Below, in pieces: positions 59,963-64,000 of a DNA stretch of 64,000 nt; the first letter of the stretch is position 1; each line of letters opens with the position of its first letter. A program made the position numbers and the translations under genes. Origin of the DNA: Enoplolaimus lenunculus (taxonomy: Eukaryota). Under the pieces are notes generated by a model that saw nothing but the letters and a program-made list of their open reading frames with translations, was not told the origin of the DNA and did no database searches. The stretch is from positions 62,001 through 126,000 of the forward strand of contig JASANG010000295.1 of the NCBI GenBank assembly GCA_030248215.1, written 5' to 3'.

Positions 59963-62840
59963 ATGTTTCTCAAACTAATAATTTTAAGCTATTGTTTGTG
60001 CAAGGCAACTGCAGGTAAAAATAGTTTGTGTAGTTTCTTAGATTATATAGGTCTAGTTTCCATCATCTAATGGACGTGTGCTTCTGGCACCGACGTATGA
60101 AATCTAACTCCGACTCTGGCTGATTTTTTGTGGAAAGTCCATTTAATTTGTTGTGCAGTAAAAATAAAGTTTGCTCATTGTCTGTATGTTTTGCTTGTAA
60201 ATTTAGGATAATTTTCAATGCTTTAGTTTCGAAATTTCTCTGAAACATAAAATTGTGATCACAATAGATTTAGGTACTGTTAACATTAGATATTTTAAGA
60301 TTTTATCAACCTACTATAATTGTTTTCGACTCAAAATGGGAACCCCTCTTATTATCCAACCACCTCAATCGGGTCACTGCAATTGCGCAGTATATCAGAT
60401 ATATTCGCAAATCAAAGTGCATCCGGAGGTAAAAAATACCGGAGCTGGAGGTCAACAAAACTTGCCGGATCCGTGCGTTATTCCGGAGGTGGCGCGAAAC
60501 TATAAGTGGTTTAAACAATGTTTAATTTGTTAATGTTGACAAATATGTATAAACAGTATTAAGAACTTTTTGTTTAGCTTTTATTTTTTAGCAAAGCCCG
60601 ACAGTGTGCTCTCAATATTGTAACAAAACCTACAGCCCAACCAAAGCGGGACTTTACCCGCTGGTAAGCTCGTGTCGGGTAAAAATTTTAGCGCGGGTTA
60701 CCCGTGGGTAAAGATTTGTGTCACGCGGATAAAAGAATTGGGTTTTTAACCGCGCCAAAACTTTAAGACTTAATGCGCAAAACATGCTCTATTAACTAAG
60801 CTAGTCAGAGAGTAGAGAAGCAAAAGTTCTGTGCTTGGGTTTGAAAATGTGTTGTTTATAGTAGCTTCATGTGTAAAATTCATTGGATCTATAACGCAGA
60901 ACTTCATTAAAGTGCAAATCACCAGCAATTTTTAGGATCGTGGGTATAGATCTCTTTAGTGTGGGTAAACCCGCGGGTAAAAAACTTCTTATTTGAATGG
61001 ACCCTTACCCACATCCCACTCTGAGCCAAACGTACCGAACGATACAATTTTTGTAAAACTATGAAAAATTTCATTACCGAAGTTTGCGGAGCTTCTGGCA
61101 AAACTTCTATACCGGAGCAGGAGGTCGATTTTCTGTCGGAATCCGAGGCAGGCTTCCAATTGCACTCCTACTTTTACGTAAATTATCTGCTGAACACAAA
61201 TATAAAAATAAAAATTAGCTGATTCACAAATTAATTTTGTTCAGAATTTTAAAATGTTAGCTAGGGGACAAATTGCTAAACTTTCGGTTGTCATAAAATA
61301 GTTGTTGCGTTTGCACTTCGAAGTTTATGCTAATGACAATTGCTATCGCTATATTTAATAAACGTTCTTAGCGGACCATTATCTGTGGGACTGCGATATA
61401 GAGTAAGCTTAAGCATTATACTTTTTTGCTTTGGCTTACTTAGGCTCTCACTCTTAATACGCCTTAGTTTTGGCTTAGAATTAGGAATATACTTAAACTA
61501 CTTTTACGGCCCTGTTCATGGCCGGAAAATTTTAAAGATGTGTACTATTGTATATCTAAAATTGCCATAAGAACCTTTAGTCTTGACTTCTTTAGTATGT
61601 TTACAAATTTTTCGCAATTATAAAATTTCAGCCTCGTGCCCAGATGGTTCGGCTCCGTTAGGTGGCGTTGGCACAGCGTTTGGAATACAGTGTACTCCCG
61701 GTTTAACAGATACTTGTTCATTGCCGTACCGGTGTCAAAGATTGATAACTGGAGGAAATGGATGTTGCTTAATGCGAGTGATATCAAACCGTTTATCCAC
61801 TAAAACACCCCAAAATATCTTGCCCGCGCTCACAGTGCAGCCTTCTCAAACTGAGACCGATTTTGGTAATAATTTTTTACCATGGAATATGCAAAATTTT
61901 GGTAAGTTTGTCTTGAATATGTTTCAGAAACTTTTATAATTATTGATATCCCAATGCCGTATATTTTTTATGCGAGGCTGCGGGAACTCCATTCGTGCTA
62001 AGTGTAAAGCATCTAAGCCTGATTGATCATGGTTACTGCCTTTCACCGAAGGGGGTGGAATTCGAATCCTAGCTTGAAATAAGATCACAGTCAAAAACAG
62101 TTTAAGCTTGAAGTTACTGTATTGCGGTCTCGTGGAAATGCGGTTCGCCCCCGATCTATAAATGGGCTCAATTTGGAAAGATAATATTGATCTCATGTTT
62201 AATTTTGGAAAAATATCAACGAAATGTGACAATATTTTTATGGATCAAATGGATGCTTGCTTCAGAAAAGTTAAAATTATGCACAGCTACCAGGTCTTAA
62301 AATAAATAATAAATGGCCGTCGTGAGCGACTAGAAACAATATCTTCAGATCCGAATTTAAAAATCATAACGCAAAAATAAATATTCTACAATTCATTTGG
62401 TAGCTATCATTTCAGCTTTCTCGGCATGTAACAACGGGGACTCGCCTTATATATTGCCTTCAACCGGACAACCGTACACATGTTGGCCTACCATGCCATC
62501 TGCCCGACAATGTCCTTCAGGATACAACTGTCAATGGAGTATAAATGTCAGAAATTTTTATTGTTGCCGTTGTGGAGACGCGTTCTATGATCCATTCGCA
62601 AGCAGACGGCTGTTTTCCGGCACTGGATCGAATCCTTGCGGACATTCGCAAAATCAAATGTCGCCAAGTGTTAGTGGGTGTGTTCCTTGTGCCCGAAACA
62701 AAAATAAGGTGCCATCTTTTCAACTCGGTGCAAATTTCCACAACAATCAATGTTGTACTCAGACAAATTCTGACTTTTATCCCACACGACAGAATCCTGC
62801 CAGACCAATGGATGGCTCGAATTTGAATAATGTTTGGTAA
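59963..62840 (+). CDS. Small secreted protein with two Lustrin-type cysteine-rich repeats, ~248 aa, 3 exons
   Basis: Exon 59963-60014 encodes a signal-peptide-like MFLKLIILSYCLCKATA (donor G|GTAAAA, phase 1). Exon 61632-61901 encodes CPDGSAP...IQC...TCSLPYRC...GCC. Exon 62416-62840 encodes CNNGDSPY...YTC...CPSGYNC...FYCC. The C-x-C-x-C-x5-C-x-CC spacing is typical of Lustrin_cystein repeats common in nematodes. Confidence 0.75.
61370..61523 (+). mobile_element. Degenerate copy of the TTAGGC MITE
   Basis: CTGTGGGACTGCGATATAGAGTAAGCTTAAGC...TTAGGAATATACTTAAACTAC...CATGGCC is colinear with 26918-27107. Confidence 0.65.
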
Positions 62841-63727
62841 ACGTAAAGTTTAAATTACTGAAAAAGAAATAAATTCCGACAGAAAATACGGATTGGAATA
62901 ATTATAACTGGGTTGCACAGACAAAACTTAAGTCAACCTATGACTAACACATTTTTGAAGTCAAATAAAGACGTTTAAATATAGAAGGCTTCCATAAATG
63001 CTCGCTTTCGAGCTGAGATTCTTATTGCACTGCACAGTCAGAATTTCAACTTCAAAAGATGTACCAGTGCTTAGCAGCGTCAATTTGTCTGGCAAGAAGA
63101 AACTTTCAATGAAATCTTTTCACATAAGTTAAAATTACAAAGCTTAGGTAAAAAGTTGATGTCGAATTAAGTCGTAATCGAACTTAGTCCCGGCAACCTA
63201 GGAATTGTGCTCATGTACTAGTTTTAGATTCAACTGCGGCCAATTTATGGAACATGTTGCTTTGCTAATCCCAGTGTGGATTAACCTTTGTGGTGCACAT
63301 TAGATGAATACGGTTTCAAATAAATACCTCTCTTTAATTATAAATAAAATTCGCTTTGGAATTTCAAACCTGTAAAATTCAAACGATTGGAAATAGTGCC
63401 CAAAATGCAAAACATGCTAGAAAACGTTTATAGCGATTAGCTACGCTAGCTATTCATTACAGAGTTTTTCCAAAGCGTGAAAGATAATGTTTGAAACGCG
63501 AAAATCGTTTTAAATAGTGTCACATTTTTGACAAACTTCCCAAATTGCTCATTTAATACAATGTAGTATATACAAGCTTTGTTGATGTATTTGAGTTATC
63601 CAAAAATGGATTTTAGTGTAAACTATTGGTGTACGGCGTGCAAATATGCTCAGCTAACCTGGAAGCTTTGGTCGGGCAGTTTTGTGTTTTTGACGTAACG
63701 TTCATATTGCAAATCAGTATATATACA

Positions 63728-64000
63728 TCACAATCCTCTATGAGCGCTGAACTGCACCGATCTCATTAGTTTCCCAGCATACGACTCTCTGAGCACGTCC
63801 TCGCTTTCGTTCGGCAACCAGTACAGATATGATGCCCAATAAAACGCGTTGAATCCAATGAATAGCAGTGGAAATGCCACTTTCGCAACATCATCGACAT
63901 AATCGACAACCGTTTGCTCAACAATCATATTTCGCAGTGCTGTTCGACCACGGTTCAGTTGCTGTTGTTGTTGCTGTTGTTTCTTTGATTGAGGTCCCAC
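63728..64000 (-). CDS. Terminal exon (M4 helix and C-tail) of a Cys-loop ligand-gated ion channel, probably anion-selective (GABA/Gly/GluCl-like); the gene continues beyond the window
   Basis: VDDVAKVAFPLLFIGFNAFYWASYL matches the M4 consensus ID..SR..FP..F..FN..YW..Y. It is preceded by a polyQ intracellular-loop segment. Confidence 0.8.
   Translation of the reverse strand: MGPQSKKQQQQQQQLNRGRTALRNMIVEQTVVDYVDDVAKVAFPLLFIGFNAFYWASYLYWLPNESEDVLRESYAGKLMRSVQFSAHRGL

Overview
AT-rich, intron-rich eukaryotic (animal) DNA, most likely from a nematode. This is inferred from TTTCAG/TTTTAG acceptors, dispersed TTAGGC telomere-type hexamers, a mig-14-like Wntless N-terminus and a Lustrin-type Cys-rich gene; the species cannot be named. 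I assembled five complete spliced genes by hand with consistent intron phases. They are an Epac/RAPGEF4 cAMP-regulated Rap GEF (+, 18 exons), FGFR1OP/CEP43 (-, 16 exons), Wntless/mig-14 (-, 13 exons), DNAJC14 (+, 17 exons, head-to-head with Wntless) and a small secreted Lustrin-cysteine protein (+, 3 exons). The last exon of a Cys-loop anion channel runs off the right edge. Introns and intergenic DNA are filled with non-autonomous DNA elements, some nested, plus decayed hAT and piggyBac transposase genes. Most notable observations: (1) about 4 of 62 introns appear to use GC-AG donors; (2) a GGCC(A/C)ATGT-terminated MITE family with 8-bp TSDs carries TTAGGC telomere-like arrays, or alternatively a 9-bp minisatellite; (3) a TTAA-CCC...GGG-TTAA MITE family carries an internal tRNA-like Pol III cassette; (4) a tRNA core with three intact arms sits on a long non-tRNA stem in the Wntless/DNAJC14 divergent intergenic region; (5) a near-perfect 178-bp inverted repeat. 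Most ORFs in the supplied track are spurious or partial exons. All homology calls come from remembered family motifs, not from database searches.
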